Shown in pieces: positions 1 through 9,275 of a stretch of 64,000 bases of DNA. The notes under the pieces were generated by a model, which was given only the letters and a program-made list of their open reading frames with translations, had not been told where the DNA came from and did not search any database. Origin of the DNA: Desulfosudaceae bacterium (GTDB lineage: Bacteria; Desulfobacterota; Desulfobacteria; Desulfobacterales; Desulfosudaceae); contig CAXXDV010000003.1 of NCBI GenBank assembly GCA_963674745.2, forward strand, positions 2,368,001 to 2,432,000, in the 5' to 3' direction. Each line of letters starts with the position of its first letter. Within the stretch, counting starts at the first letter, position 1. The position numbers and the translations under genes were made by a program.

Positions 1-175
1 TTTCAGCCGGCTCGGAAGCCCCGATAAAAACCGCTTCATCGGCTGTACGGGTATGCAGCGCCGATTTGTCAACTTCTGAATAAACACCCACCGTGGCAAT
101 CCCCATCTCCCGGCAGGCGGCCATGACCCGCAGGGCGATTTCACCGCGGTTGGCGATCAGTATTTTTTTAAACAT
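1..175 (-). CDS. Biotin carboxylase subunit of acyl-CoA carboxylase (N-terminal part; runs off window start)
   Basis: Manual translation from ATG at 175: [41 protein letters not shown], the classic biotin carboxylase N-terminus; lies directly downstream of the carboxyltransferase. Confidence 0.92.
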   Translation of the reverse strand, partial: MFKKILIANRGEIALRVMAACREMGIATVGVYSEVDKSALHTRTADEAVFIGASEPAE

Positions 176-220
176 GTTTTATCCCCTCACAGAAATAATA
201 GTCTTTTTTTCAGGGTGCCG

Positions 221-1837
221 TTACATTCTAAATACACCGTAACCGTATTCGTCGTCCCTGATGGGCGCGTTGAGCGCGGCAGAGATGGCCATGCCCAGCG
301 CGTCCCGGGTCTTGGCGGGATCGAGTACACCGTCGTCCCACATGCGGGACGTGCTGTAATAAGCGTTCCCCTCGGACCTGGCTTTATCAATGATCGGTCG
401 GGTTATCATTTCCACTTCCTCGGGAGTGAGTGGCGGTTTGCCCAGGCGCGCGTTCTGGTCGTTGGTGATGGTTACCAACACGCCGGCGGCCTGTTCCCCG
501 CCCATGACCCCGATCTCGGCATTGGGCCACATCCACAGAAAACGGGGCGAATAACCCCGGCCGCACATTGCGTAATTACCGGCCCCGAAAGAAGCGCCCG
601 CAATCAGGGTGAACTTGGGCACACTGGCCGTGGACACGGCATTGACCATTTTGTGCCCGTCCTTGGTCACACCGCCGGCCTCGTAACTTTTACCCACGAT
701 AAACCCGCTGATGTTCTGTACGAACAGCAGGGGAATTTCCCGGTTGTCACAGATCTGGATAAACTGGGTGGCTTTCTGGGCGCTTTCGGGAAAAAGAACC
801 CCGTTGTTGGCCAGGATGCCCACCGGAAAGCCGTGGATATGGGCCCAGCCGCAGATCAGGGTGGATCCGTACATTTCCTTGAATTCGATAAAATCGCTGC
901 CGTCGATCATGCGTGCCAGTGCTTCCCGTATGTCATACGGCGTTGATATGTTCTTTGGAATAATACCGTAAAGTTCCTTGGGGTCATAAGCCGGGGGCCG
1001 CACCGGTTTCCGTGTGACCTTGGCTTTTTCCGTTTTAGGCAGGTTACCGATGATTTCCCGCAAAATAGCGATGGCATGGGCATCATCTTCCGCATAGTAG
1101 TCGGAAACACCGGACTGGGAGCAGTGAAGGTCCGGACCGCCCAGTTCGTCCGGCGTGACTTCTTCGCCGGTGGCCGCCAGCACAAGGGGGGGGCCACCCA
1201 GGAAAATCGCCCCATGGCCCTTTACGTGCACGATTTCATCGCACATGGCCACGCCGTAAGCCCCACCGGCCGTACACAGGCCCATCACCGCGGTGATCTG
1301 GGGAATTTTCATTTTGGACATCATGGCCTGGTTGTAAAAAATCCGGCCGCCGTCGTTGGCATCCGGAAAAATCTCCGATTGTAAGGGCAGAAAAGCGCCG
1401 GCCGAATCCATCAGGGTTACCGAGGGCAGCCGGTTTTCCATACAGATGGTCTGCAACCGCAGGCCTTTCTTTACGCCCATGGGATAAACCGCGCCGCCCT
1501 TGATGGTGGCGTCGCTGATGTTCACCAGTACCTCCCGCCCCTGAACGATGCCGACACCGGCCCGTATCCCGGCCCCGTGAATCTTGCCGTCATACATATC
1601 CTTGGCTGCCAGGGGCGCGATCTCCAGGAAAGGGGTGTTCTTGTCCAGCAGCAGGTCCAGCTTTTTGTCAACCGGCAGTTTGCCGGTTTCCTTGAGCCGG
1701 TCTAGGGATTTGGGGGACCGCTCATTGTGCGCCCGGTCGATCTCTTTGTTGAGATCTTGAACCAGGGCTTCCATTTTTTCACGATTAGCCTTGAACTCAT
1801 CCGAATTGACGTCAATCCGGGATTCGATTAATGCCAT
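221..1837 (-). CDS. Acyl-CoA carboxylase carboxyltransferase beta subunit (methylcrotonyl-/geranyl-CoA carboxylase type)
   Basis: 538 aa; DSAGAFLPLQ, GLCTAGGAY, ELGGPDLHC, GAGNYAMCGR and WDDGVLDP motifs typical of MccB/LiuB/AtuC. Confidence 0.93.
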   Translation of the reverse strand: MALIESRIDVNSDEFKANREKMEALVQDLNKEIDRAHNERSPKSLDRLKETGKLPVDKKLDLLLDKNTPFLEIAPLAAKDMYDGKIHGAGIRAGVGIVQGREVLVNISDATIKGGAVYPMGVKKGLRLQTICMENRLPSVTLMDSAGAFLPLQSEIFPDANDGGRIFYNQAMMSKMKIPQITAVMGLCTAGGAYGVAMCDEIVHVKGHGAIFLGGPPLVLAATGEEVTPDELGGPDLHCSQSGVSDYYAEDDAHAIAILREIIGNLPKTEKAKVTRKPVRPPAYDPKELYGIIPKNISTPYDIREALARMIDGSDFIEFKEMYGSTLICGWAHIHGFPVGILANNGVLFPESAQKATQFIQICDNREIPLLFVQNISGFIVGKSYEAGGVTKDGHKMVNAVSTASVPKFTLIAGASFGAGNYAMCGRGYSPRFLWMWPNAEIGVMGGEQAAGVLVTITNDQNARLGKPPLTPEEVEMITRPIIDKARSEGNAYYSTSRMWDDGVLDPAKTRDALGMAISAALNAPIRDDEYGYGVFRM

Positions 1838-1866
1838 CCCTGTTCCTCCAAAATAAAGTTTTTTTA

Positions 1867-2988
1867 CTATTTCAAAGCGGCGTCGCCGATCTTAACCCGT
1901 GCGATCTCGGTTGATGTCCCGGCGATCTGAATAAATTTAGCGTACCGGTAAGCGATATCCGCATAGTTATCCGGTTTCATCCCCGCGGCGGACAACACCC
2001 GCAGCGCACTGCCGGCTGCCTCTTCAGCGGACTCGGAGCAGAACACCTTGGTGCAATCGGTAAACACCGCCGCTTCCCGATCCCCGGTTTCATCCAGCCA
2101 GGCGGCTTTGTAGGCCATGAGCTGGGCGGTCTGGGTCAGGGTCAGCATTTCCGCCAGCTTAAAGCCGACTTCCTGGTAGGCAATCACCGGCCTGCCGCCG
2201 GAACGGTGCTCTTTGGCAAAAACGGTGGCGGAGAACACCGCCGCACCCATTATGCCGATTGCGGCCGCAATCAATACCTGGTTTTCCCAGAGCCGCAAAT
2301 CCGCCAGCAACTGCGCTTCATCCAAAGGCCCCAGCACCCGGTCTTCAGGCACTTCACAATTTTCGAGTTTGACCGACCCGATTTGAAGCGGCGCGTATTC
2401 GGCAATCACATCCGCTTTGGTGACGGTGACGCCCGGCGCTGTCCGGTCGACAAGAAACACCCCCAGACCGTCATCCAGAGCCCCCACCACCGCCAGCATA
2501 TCGGCTGATTGCGCGCCCACCACAAACCCCTTTTCACCGTTAACCATGACCTTGCCCGCGTCCCTGACACCCCGGGTCGTCAGCGGATCATTGACCACAT
2601 TCATGGCGGCTTCACTTAAGGCCACCGTTCCGACCAGCGCCCCCGCCTGCAATGCCGACAGGAGTTCCTGCTTCTGTTCGGGTTTACCGTAACGGTTTAT
2701 CAGCCGTCCGAAGACCCGGCCACTCGACTCAAATGGAATAAACAGCTTTGGCGCGGCCCCGGCCACTGCCTCCATGGCGGCCATGGTGGCCGCCGACAGC
2801 GGCGTATCATCCAGGCCTGCGGCCATATAACCGGCCTGATTCAACTTGTCCGCCAACCCGCCCATCCATTTCCGTACCTGCTGCGGATTCGACGAATCGA
2901 AACCGTCCGCCGCCGTCATTGCCTCGCTGGTAATCCGGCCCGCTTCTGCTATTAACTGCTGTTCCTGTTCTGTAAATTCGTAATGCAT
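1867..2988 (-). CDS. Acyl-CoA dehydrogenase family protein, divergent
   Basis: ACAD features (NGEKGFV, GRPVIAYQEVGFKLAEM, QIAGTSTEIAR), but the TEPxAGSD motif is degenerate. Confidence 0.85.
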   Translation of the reverse strand: MHYEFTEQEQQLIAEAGRITSEAMTAADGFDSSNPQQVRKWMGGLADKLNQAGYMAAGLDDTPLSAATMAAMEAVAGAAPKLFIPFESSGRVFGRLINRYGKPEQKQELLSALQAGALVGTVALSEAAMNVVNDPLTTRGVRDAGKVMVNGEKGFVVGAQSADMLAVVGALDDGLGVFLVDRTAPGVTVTKADVIAEYAPLQIGSVKLENCEVPEDRVLGPLDEAQLLADLRLWENQVLIAAAIGIMGAAVFSATVFAKEHRSGGRPVIAYQEVGFKLAEMLTLTQTAQLMAYKAAWLDETGDREAAVFTDCTKVFCSESAEEAAGSALRVLSAAGMKPDNYADIAYRYAKFIQIAGTSTEIARVKIGDAALK

Positions 2989-3014
2989 ATATTCACCTTT
3001 GGCTACCTGTTTTC

Positions 3015-4157
3015 TTACATCATCCTGGAAATGATCATCTTCTGAATATCTGATGTCCCACCGCCCAACGGCGCCAGGCGGTTATCCCGGAAAGCCCCTT
3101 CCATTATATATTCATGGCAGTACCCGTACCCCCCATGAATCAGGATGGCGTCATTAAACGGGCCCAGGCTCCAGTCCCCCACAAACAGCTTGGCCACCGC
3201 GGCCGCCAGGTGGTTCAGCGGCCGTCCCTGGCTTTTGTACCAGGCGATCCGATAAACCAGCAGCTTGGCCGCTTCGTAAAAAATCCTGATATCGGCCAGT
3301 TTATGCTTGGTGGCCTGAAACTCGCCGATGGCTTTACCGAACTGTTCCCGTTTGCCGGCGTAATCCGCGGATTTATCCAGGACATATTTTGTCCCGCCGA
3401 TCATCGGTGCCAGCAGGGCGCTGCGGTCCCATTCCACGGTCTGCATGGCCATCAGAAAACCATGCCCTTCCTGACCGACCAGGTTCCCGGCCGGAATCTC
3501 GCAGTCCTGAAAAAAAAGCTCGGAGGTAGCCGATGTCCGGCAGCCCATCTTTTTTAAAGGCTGACCTGTTGAAAAGCCTTTGGTCCCTTTTTCCACGATA
3601 AATGCGGAAATACCGTCGTGCTTTTTTTCCGGATCGGTCTTGGCGTATACCAGGGCGATATCGGCCAGAGGGCCGTTGGTAATAAACATCTTGCTGCCGT
3701 TTAAAACGTATTTATCACCTTTTTTTTCCGCCACGGTCTTCATTGAGGCCACGTCCGACCCGGCATCCGGCTCGGTCAGCCCCATGCACCCGAGGATCTC
3801 GCCACTGGCCAGACCGGGAACATATTTTCTCTTCTGTTCTTCCGTTCCATGGCAAAAAATCGTATCCGCGCACAAAAAGGTATGGGCGCCATATGAAAGG
3901 GTCAGCCCCCCGTCCACGCCGGCCTCTCCCAGGGCCTCTCCGGCCAGCACAGTGGTTACCACATCCGCACCCTGTCCGCCGTATTCTTCGGGGAAATGCA
4001 TACCGAGGATACCGAACTCACCCATCTTTCGAAACGATTCCATGTCAAAGGTGCCGGAAAGCTCATGCGCCTCGACCCGCGGGACAATCTCCTTTTTCGC
4101 GAACCTGATCACCTCTTTTTTGAACATCATCTGTTCGCGGGTAAAACCAAACTCCAT
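3015..4157 (-). CDS. Acyl-CoA dehydrogenase (isovaleryl-CoA dehydrogenase-like)
   Basis: TEPDAGSD, LNGSKMFITNG, REQFGKAIGEFQ, HGGYGY and GGGTSDIQ motifs; start placed at ATG 4157 (MEFGF) behind a GGAGG RBS. Confidence 0.93.
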   Translation of the reverse strand: MEFGFTREQMMFKKEVIRFAKKEIVPRVEAHELSGTFDMESFRKMGEFGILGMHFPEEYGGQGADVVTTVLAGEALGEAGVDGGLTLSYGAHTFLCADTIFCHGTEEQKRKYVPGLASGEILGCMGLTEPDAGSDVASMKTVAEKKGDKYVLNGSKMFITNGPLADIALVYAKTDPEKKHDGISAFIVEKGTKGFSTGQPLKKMGCRTSATSELFFQDCEIPAGNLVGQEGHGFLMAMQTVEWDRSALLAPMIGGTKYVLDKSADYAGKREQFGKAIGEFQATKHKLADIRIFYEAAKLLVYRIAWYKSQGRPLNHLAAAVAKLFVGDWSLGPFNDAILIHGGYGYCHEYIMEGAFRDNRLAPLGGGTSDIQKMIISRMM

Positions 4158-4265
4158 AGCAACCTCCGAAAATTTTAACTTATTTACGGATTCATCAATA
4201 AGACATTGAAAAACCCGAGTCATAATTGGACGGCATGACGAAGCCGCCTAAAATTAAATTCATTT

Positions 4266-4282
4266 ATTGAATAAGGTTCAAT
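4266..4282. promoter_or_regulatory. Palindromic operator candidate
   Basis: ATTGAA-TAAGG-TTCAAT inverted repeat overlapping the -10 box and predicted start site. Confidence 0.45.
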
Positions 4283-4309
4283 TTTAAAATTCAATTTCAG
4301 TATTGTCAA
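4281..4309 (-). promoter_or_regulatory. Sigma70-type promoter for the ACAD/carboxylase operon
   Basis: Minus strand TTGACA (4309-4304), 17 bp spacer, TAAAAT (4286-4281). Confidence 0.65.
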
Positions 4310-4497
4310 GTGGTTTCTATGACCGACTTCCAGGATTGCCGACGGATGTATCTTTCCCCGCTTTTTCGCCTAAAGCGCCCGGCACCTGAAAAAGAAAAAA
4401 CAGCTTGATATTGTTAAAAAAATCTGATTTCTTTTTTTTATAAGGGGTTGGTAGGTTACATTATCATCTTAATTTAGGACAGGCGGGAGTCAGTCAG

Positions 4498-5124
4498 ATG
4501 TTTATTGCCGGCCTTACCGGAAGCATCGCCACAGGCAAATCGCTGGTGGCCAGCAGCCTTGCCGAACATGGCGCCATCATCATCGATGCCGATAAGATCG
4601 CCCATGATGTTGTACGCAAAGGCAAGCCCGCCTGGGAAGAAATCGTACGGGAATTTGGAGAAGAATACCTGCTTGACGACGGAGAAATCGACCGCAAGGC
4701 CCTGGGTAAAACGGTTTTCTCAGATTCCGCCAGAAGGGACATCTTAAACCATATTGTCCATCCAAGGGTGTTTGAAGAAATCAGTCGCGCCATAGCCGCG
4801 GCCGTGGAAAATCACGACGCCCCGGACCCGGTCGTTATCCTGGACGTTCCCCTGTTATTCGAAACCAAAATGGATGTTGACCTGCCGGAGGTCATCGTGG
4901 TTTTTGCCCCGGTTGAAGTGCAACTGGAGCGTTTGATGATCAGGGATGACTTAAGTGAAGAAGATGCCCTGGCCCGCATCGATGCCCAGATCCCGGTTGT
5001 GGAAAAAAAAGAAAAAGCGGATTACGTTATCGACAACAGCGGCGACATAGAAGACACCCTGCAGCAGGTGGACATTCTGTATGATATATTAAAAGCCAAG
5101 GCCGAAACCCACCTCGAAGCATGA
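4498..5124 (+). CDS. coaE: Dephospho-CoA kinase
   Basis: GLTGSIATGKS P-loop, IDADKIAH, IDRKALG, HPRV, DVPLLFE, ADYVIDNSG. Confidence 0.96.
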   Translation: MFIAGLTGSIATGKSLVASSLAEHGAIIIDADKIAHDVVRKGKPAWEEIVREFGEEYLLDDGEIDRKALGKTVFSDSARRDILNHIVHPRVFEEISRAIAAAVENHDAPDPVVILDVPLLFETKMDVDLPEVIVVFAPVEVQLERLMIRDDLSEEDALARIDAQIPVVEKKEKADYVIDNSGDIEDTLQQVDILYDILKAKAETHLEA

Positions 5125-5246
5125 TGGCAAAGTAAAACATCCAATCTCTGCGTTGCGCTTCACCCTTCGGAATTTCACGTACTCCTATGTACGCTGCATT
5201 CCTCAGGATTTGCGCGCCTTGATCTTGAATCTTTTACTTTGCCATC
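5123..5246. repeat. MITE-like palindromic element with 15-bp terminal inverted repeats
   Basis: GATGGCAAAGTAAAA (5123-5137) and TTTTACTTTGCCATC (5232-5246); a lone copy of the same 15-mer at 9258-9272. Confidence 0.75.
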
Positions 5247-5260
5247 CAAAATTTGACTTT

Positions 5261-6421
5261 TTAAGAGGCCAGACGCTCTGCAACCAGTTCGGAAATTTCC
5301 CTGACCTGCAGTTTATCTGACAACCCCTCTGTTTTCACGGCATCTTCCAGCATAACAGCACAGATGGGACAGGCCACGGCCATGACCGTTGCGCCGGCGG
5401 CATGGGCTTCCCGGCATCGGGACCGCGCCGGAGAATCATCTCCTCCGGAAATCATATCGGTAAACAGATTTCCGCTGCCGCCGCCGCAGCACATGGCATT
5501 TTTGCGGTTGCGGTCCATCTCCACCAGTTCAATACCCGGCAGAACGCTCAGAACCGTCCGGCAGGACTGGTAATCCAGGTTATGACGGCCCAGAAAACAG
5601 GGATCATGAAAGGTCACCCGGGTCGTTTCAGCGTCCGGCTGAAAAGAAAGCGCACCCAGGAAAAAGGCCAGCAACTGGGTATAGTGGAACACCTGGAACT
5701 CACCGCCCAGCGAAGGATAAAGATTTTTAAAGGCATGAAAAGCATGAGGTGACAGGGTGACAATTTTTTTAACGCCCCGGTCGGTAAACGTTTTTATGTT
5801 TTTTTCGGCCAGTTCCTCGAACAACGCCTGCTCGCCGATCATGGCCACGTCATTGCCGTCGGAGCACTCACCGTCAGCCAGCACGCCGAAATCCACCCCG
5901 GCTTTTTTCAACAAGCCGGCCACGGATCGGGCGATCTCCTGTCCCCGGGGATCATAAGAGCCCACATCACCCGCGAAAAAAAGATATTCCTGGCCGTTGT
6001 ATGCGGCAACATCCGTGCCGGGCCGCCAGTCCGCCCTTTTGCTTCCGGACTTTCCGTAAGGGTTACCGGAGTTCTGCACTTTGGTCAGATAATCCCTGAC
6101 CGGCCCGGGAACCATCCCGGTTTCCAGGATGACGTCACGGCCGGCGGTAAAGGCCAGCAGCAACTGGTCCCTGAAGTCAGGCATAGCGCAATGTTCCACG
6201 CAATTGCCGCAGCCGGTACAGGAAAACATGATTTGTCCCAATCGCTGGCTGACACCGATCTTTCCGTTCATCAGGGCGGAAAGCAGCCACATGCGCCCGC
6301 CGGGCGCGAAGGTCTCAAAGCGGAAAGACAGGTAGGCCGGGCAATTAATATCGGCGTAATTGGAAGGGAACTTGCAATAGCCACAGCGAAAGCAGCGGTG
6401 TAATATTTCCTGGTATTCCAT
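5261..6421 (-). CDS. Fe-S oxidoreductase with 4Fe-4S and CCG domains (GlcF/HdrD-like)
   Basis: CFRCGYC, CTGCGNCVEHC, FHDPCFLGR, CCGGGSG, ACPIC. Confidence 0.9.
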   Translation of the reverse strand: MEYQEILHRCFRCGYCKFPSNYADINCPAYLSFRFETFAPGGRMWLLSALMNGKIGVSQRLGQIMFSCTGCGNCVEHCAMPDFRDQLLLAFTAGRDVILETGMVPGPVRDYLTKVQNSGNPYGKSGSKRADWRPGTDVAAYNGQEYLFFAGDVGSYDPRGQEIARSVAGLLKKAGVDFGVLADGECSDGNDVAMIGEQALFEELAEKNIKTFTDRGVKKIVTLSPHAFHAFKNLYPSLGGEFQVFHYTQLLAFFLGALSFQPDAETTRVTFHDPCFLGRHNLDYQSCRTVLSVLPGIELVEMDRNRKNAMCCGGGSGNLFTDMISGGDDSPARSRCREAHAAGATVMAVACPICAVMLEDAVKTEGLSDKLQVREISELVAERLAS

Positions 6422-6433
6422 TGGTTATATCTC

Positions 6434-7810
6434 CTATGCTTCCCAGTTGCCCGGGTTCATGATCCGGTTGGGGTCCAGGGTGTTCCGCAAACGGTCCATC
6501 AACCCCACGGTCCCCGCGTCCATTTGTTGTAAAATTTCTTTCTGGGCCGGCAGTTCGGCTTTCCAGGGGATGCCGCCCATGGCCAGACAGGCCCGGTTGG
6601 TCTCTTCCAGGGCGTCAGCAGCCCGCTGCACATCTTCGGTATCGGCCCGGTTAAAAGCGTAGGCGAAGAAAAACATCATGGCATGCCCGGCCCCGATAAT
6701 GCGGGCTCCCAGCGAGTAGGTCACATGAAATTTTTCGGCAATCTCCATACCCCGGGCATAGGCCTCGGGAAAACGTTCAATGGCCATCATGGCGCCGACA
6801 TATTCAAATCCGCCGCCCTTGCGGGCATCCGCGAAACGGGCCAGGTCCGGCGAGGGGATCTGCATAAAGCGGCCTTTCTGTACCGGCGGTATGGGCAGAA
6901 AACCCGCCCTTTTGGTATCGGTAAGACGCCGGACCGACTCCTGAATCAGGTTGCGTTTGAAAATCAATTCTTTTTTGGAATGCGCCCCGAAGGCGATGTT
7001 AATGTGAAAAAATCCTTTGGCCCACTCGGGTTTGGGCACCATCCAGGGCGTCATGTCTTCGGCCACCTGAACACTGGTCAACAGTGAAATGGCTTCAGGC
7101 ATCTGCTCGGCCGTCTCACACACATAAATCAGCATATCATTGTAACGATAGTTGGGGTAAAGCCGGATACCCAACCTGGTAACAATGCCGGTGGTGCCGG
7201 ACCACCCCAGGAAAAGACCGGACAGGTCGGGCAGGGGCGCCCGTGCAAACCACTGGGGCGACACGCTGCATGATCCAGTACGCACAACCTCCCCGGTAGG
7301 CAGCACAACTTCCATGCCGGTCAGCATATCGGAATGAAATCCGCCCAGCACCGACAAATGGCCGGAACCATGGATACATATATTACCGGCGATGGTGGCC
7401 GCCGGCGGCGCATCGGGCATGGAGTGTTTCAGGTCGGGATGATGTTTGGCCAGATACGCTTTCAGCCCTCCCTGACTGACACCGGCCTCAACCACGGCAT
7501 ACCGGCTGGCGGGATTGACCTCGACGACGGTGTCCATCCGCTTCATATCAACCACCACACCGCCTTTGAGGGCGCGGGTCAGGCCGGACAAAACCAGCCC
7601 GCCGCCCATGGGCACCAGCGGCACCTTGAATTCATTGGCCAGCCGCACAATCTGCGCCACTTCGTCAGTGGTCTTCGGCATGACCACGGCATCCGGCTCG
7701 GCCGGCGGCATGGTGCCCTGGTCCATGGAGTAAAGGTAGCGTTCTTCGGCTTCGGCGGAGACAAACGCTTCTCCCACAATGGTTTCCAGTTTTTTGACAA
7801 AATCTTTCAT
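6434..7810 (-). CDS. FAD-binding oxidoreductase (GlcD / D-lactate dehydrogenase family)
   Basis: PDAVVMP, VPMGGG, ATIAGN, GTTGIVT and C-terminal LDPNRIMNPG. Confidence 0.9.
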   Translation of the reverse strand: MKDFVKKLETIVGEAFVSAEAEERYLYSMDQGTMPPAEPDAVVMPKTTDEVAQIVRLANEFKVPLVPMGGGLVLSGLTRALKGGVVVDMKRMDTVVEVNPASRYAVVEAGVSQGGLKAYLAKHHPDLKHSMPDAPPAATIAGNICIHGSGHLSVLGGFHSDMLTGMEVVLPTGEVVRTGSCSVSPQWFARAPLPDLSGLFLGWSGTTGIVTRLGIRLYPNYRYNDMLIYVCETAEQMPEAISLLTSVQVAEDMTPWMVPKPEWAKGFFHINIAFGAHSKKELIFKRNLIQESVRRLTDTKRAGFLPIPPVQKGRFMQIPSPDLARFADARKGGGFEYVGAMMAIERFPEAYARGMEIAEKFHVTYSLGARIIGAGHAMMFFFAYAFNRADTEDVQRAADALEETNRACLAMGGIPWKAELPAQKEILQQMDAGTVGLMDRLRNTLDPNRIMNPGNWEA

Positions 7811-7844
7811 TGTTTCTCCCGGATTGTATCTTCAAACATTCGGG

Positions 7845-8867
7845 TTATTCGCCTAACGCGGCCATAACCAGGTCACTGACCAGAATCGGCATCAGCCCGC
7901 GCTCAGCCACCTCCTGGGCCATGGTGGCCATGCAGAAGGGACAGTTAAACACGCAGTATGTGGCCTTGATGTCCAGCATATCGGCAATGTTCTTTTCCAC
8001 CAGATCATCTGCGAATTCATCCCGTTGATGGGCCCGGGGCACACCGCCGCAGCACAGGGCGTTTTCCCGGTCGTATTTTCGAGGCACGCGCTCGGCACCG
8101 ATCTTCTTAAAAATCTCATCCAACACCGCATCGGTCCCCGGCGCCAGGCGGTTCGAACAGGGCCGCTGATAAGCAATGACCTGGTTTAACGGCTTGATGG
8201 CATCGGCCAGATCGTCCAGCCGCTGGTTGATATAATCAAACAGATGAATCGGATGAAAAGGCACGTCGATGCCATACGCTTTGGCCAGGGTGGTATAGGT
8301 GCCGTAGCATTCGTCATGAAAGCAGACCATGTCGGTAACATCCGAATCCTTCAGATAGTATGACATGATATTGTCAATGGCCATTGGCACCCGCTCCCGG
8401 ATAACGGAATTTTTGGCAAAGTGCAGCCACATGACATTGCAGAAAATGTCCGTACCGGTGATTACGGAAGCCCCTTCAAAAAGCCGGCCCCTTATGGAAC
8501 CGGTCAGCATGGGGAAAGCGCACATATTAACCACCGGCGTCGCAACCGGGGCTTTGGTAATCCGGCCTTTGGGGGCCATCATTTTCAGCTGCTCGGCAAC
8601 AATCGGCCGGGGGGCCGGCAGCAGGCCCAGTTCCTCCTGTCGTTCCACCAGCACAAAAAACGGGTTGTTGCCGTTGGGGCAATACTCCTGGCAGGCGTAA
8701 CAGGTCAGGCATTCATGCAACACCCGGCAGTCCTGGCCGGCATTGATTTTCTGTTTTTCCTGCCTGGCTTCGGCCACATCAGCAATGGCAATATACTGGC
8801 ATTTCATCAGGCAGTCGACGGTAGGGCAGGACTTGCAGACGTCAGGGTCAAAGGCAATGGCATTCAC
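7845..8867 (-). CDS. Fe-S / CCG-domain protein
   Basis: CKSCPTVDC, CLTCYACQEYCP, YQRPC, CCGG, NCPFC; GTG start at 8867 with a GGAGG RBS. Confidence 0.85.
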   Translation of the reverse strand: MNAIAFDPDVCKSCPTVDCLMKCQYIAIADVAEARQEKQKINAGQDCRVLHECLTCYACQEYCPNGNNPFFVLVERQEELGLLPAPRPIVAEQLKMMAPKGRITKAPVATPVVNMCAFPMLTGSIRGRLFEGASVITGTDIFCNVMWLHFAKNSVIRERVPMAIDNIMSYYLKDSDVTDMVCFHDECYGTYTTLAKAYGIDVPFHPIHLFDYINQRLDDLADAIKPLNQVIAYQRPCSNRLAPGTDAVLDEIFKKIGAERVPRKYDRENALCCGGVPRAHQRDEFADDLVEKNIADMLDIKATYCVFNCPFCMATMAQEVAERGLMPILVSDLVMAALGE

Positions 8868-8976
8868 GATGAACCTCCATAACAATAAAAAATAGATATA
8901 AGCATATACTCAAAACGTATAGGAAATCTGCGGGATTCGCAACCGTTTTAATTGTTTTAAGGTTTTAGGGTTTTAA

Positions 8977-9226
8977 GTAGGGGCACGGTGTGCCGTGCCC
9001 GATTGAAGTGATTATGTGTTTAAGTGGTTAAGTGATTATGTGATTAAGTGGTTAGGTGGCCGTGGTTGTAGGGGCACGGCGTGCCGTGCCCTTTTGAAAT
9101 GGTTACGTGTTTAAGTGGTTATGTGGTTAAGTGGTTAGGTGGCCGTGGTTTGAGGGGGGCAGGCTCTAAATTGGCCATTGTTGATCGGTGCCGCAGGCCC
9201 TGGGGCGACTTGCCGGTCGCCCTTAC
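8977..9226. repeat. GTAG-type REP cluster with 8-mer tandem repeats
   Basis: GTAG-GGGCACGG-n4-CCGTGCCC at 8977-9000 and 9068-9091; inverted GGGCGAC..GTCGCCC-TTAC at 9203-9226; ATTAAGTG/GTTAAGTG-like 8-mers in between. Confidence 0.8.
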
Positions 9227-9275
9227 AAATAAGTTCCACGGGTGTAACGCTGTAGTAGATGGCAAAGTAAAACGT

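Noticed and set aside
215..946. 243-aa plus-strand ORF (likewise 19041-19856 on the minus strand)
   Set aside because: Fully overlaps a well-supported gene on the opposite strand.
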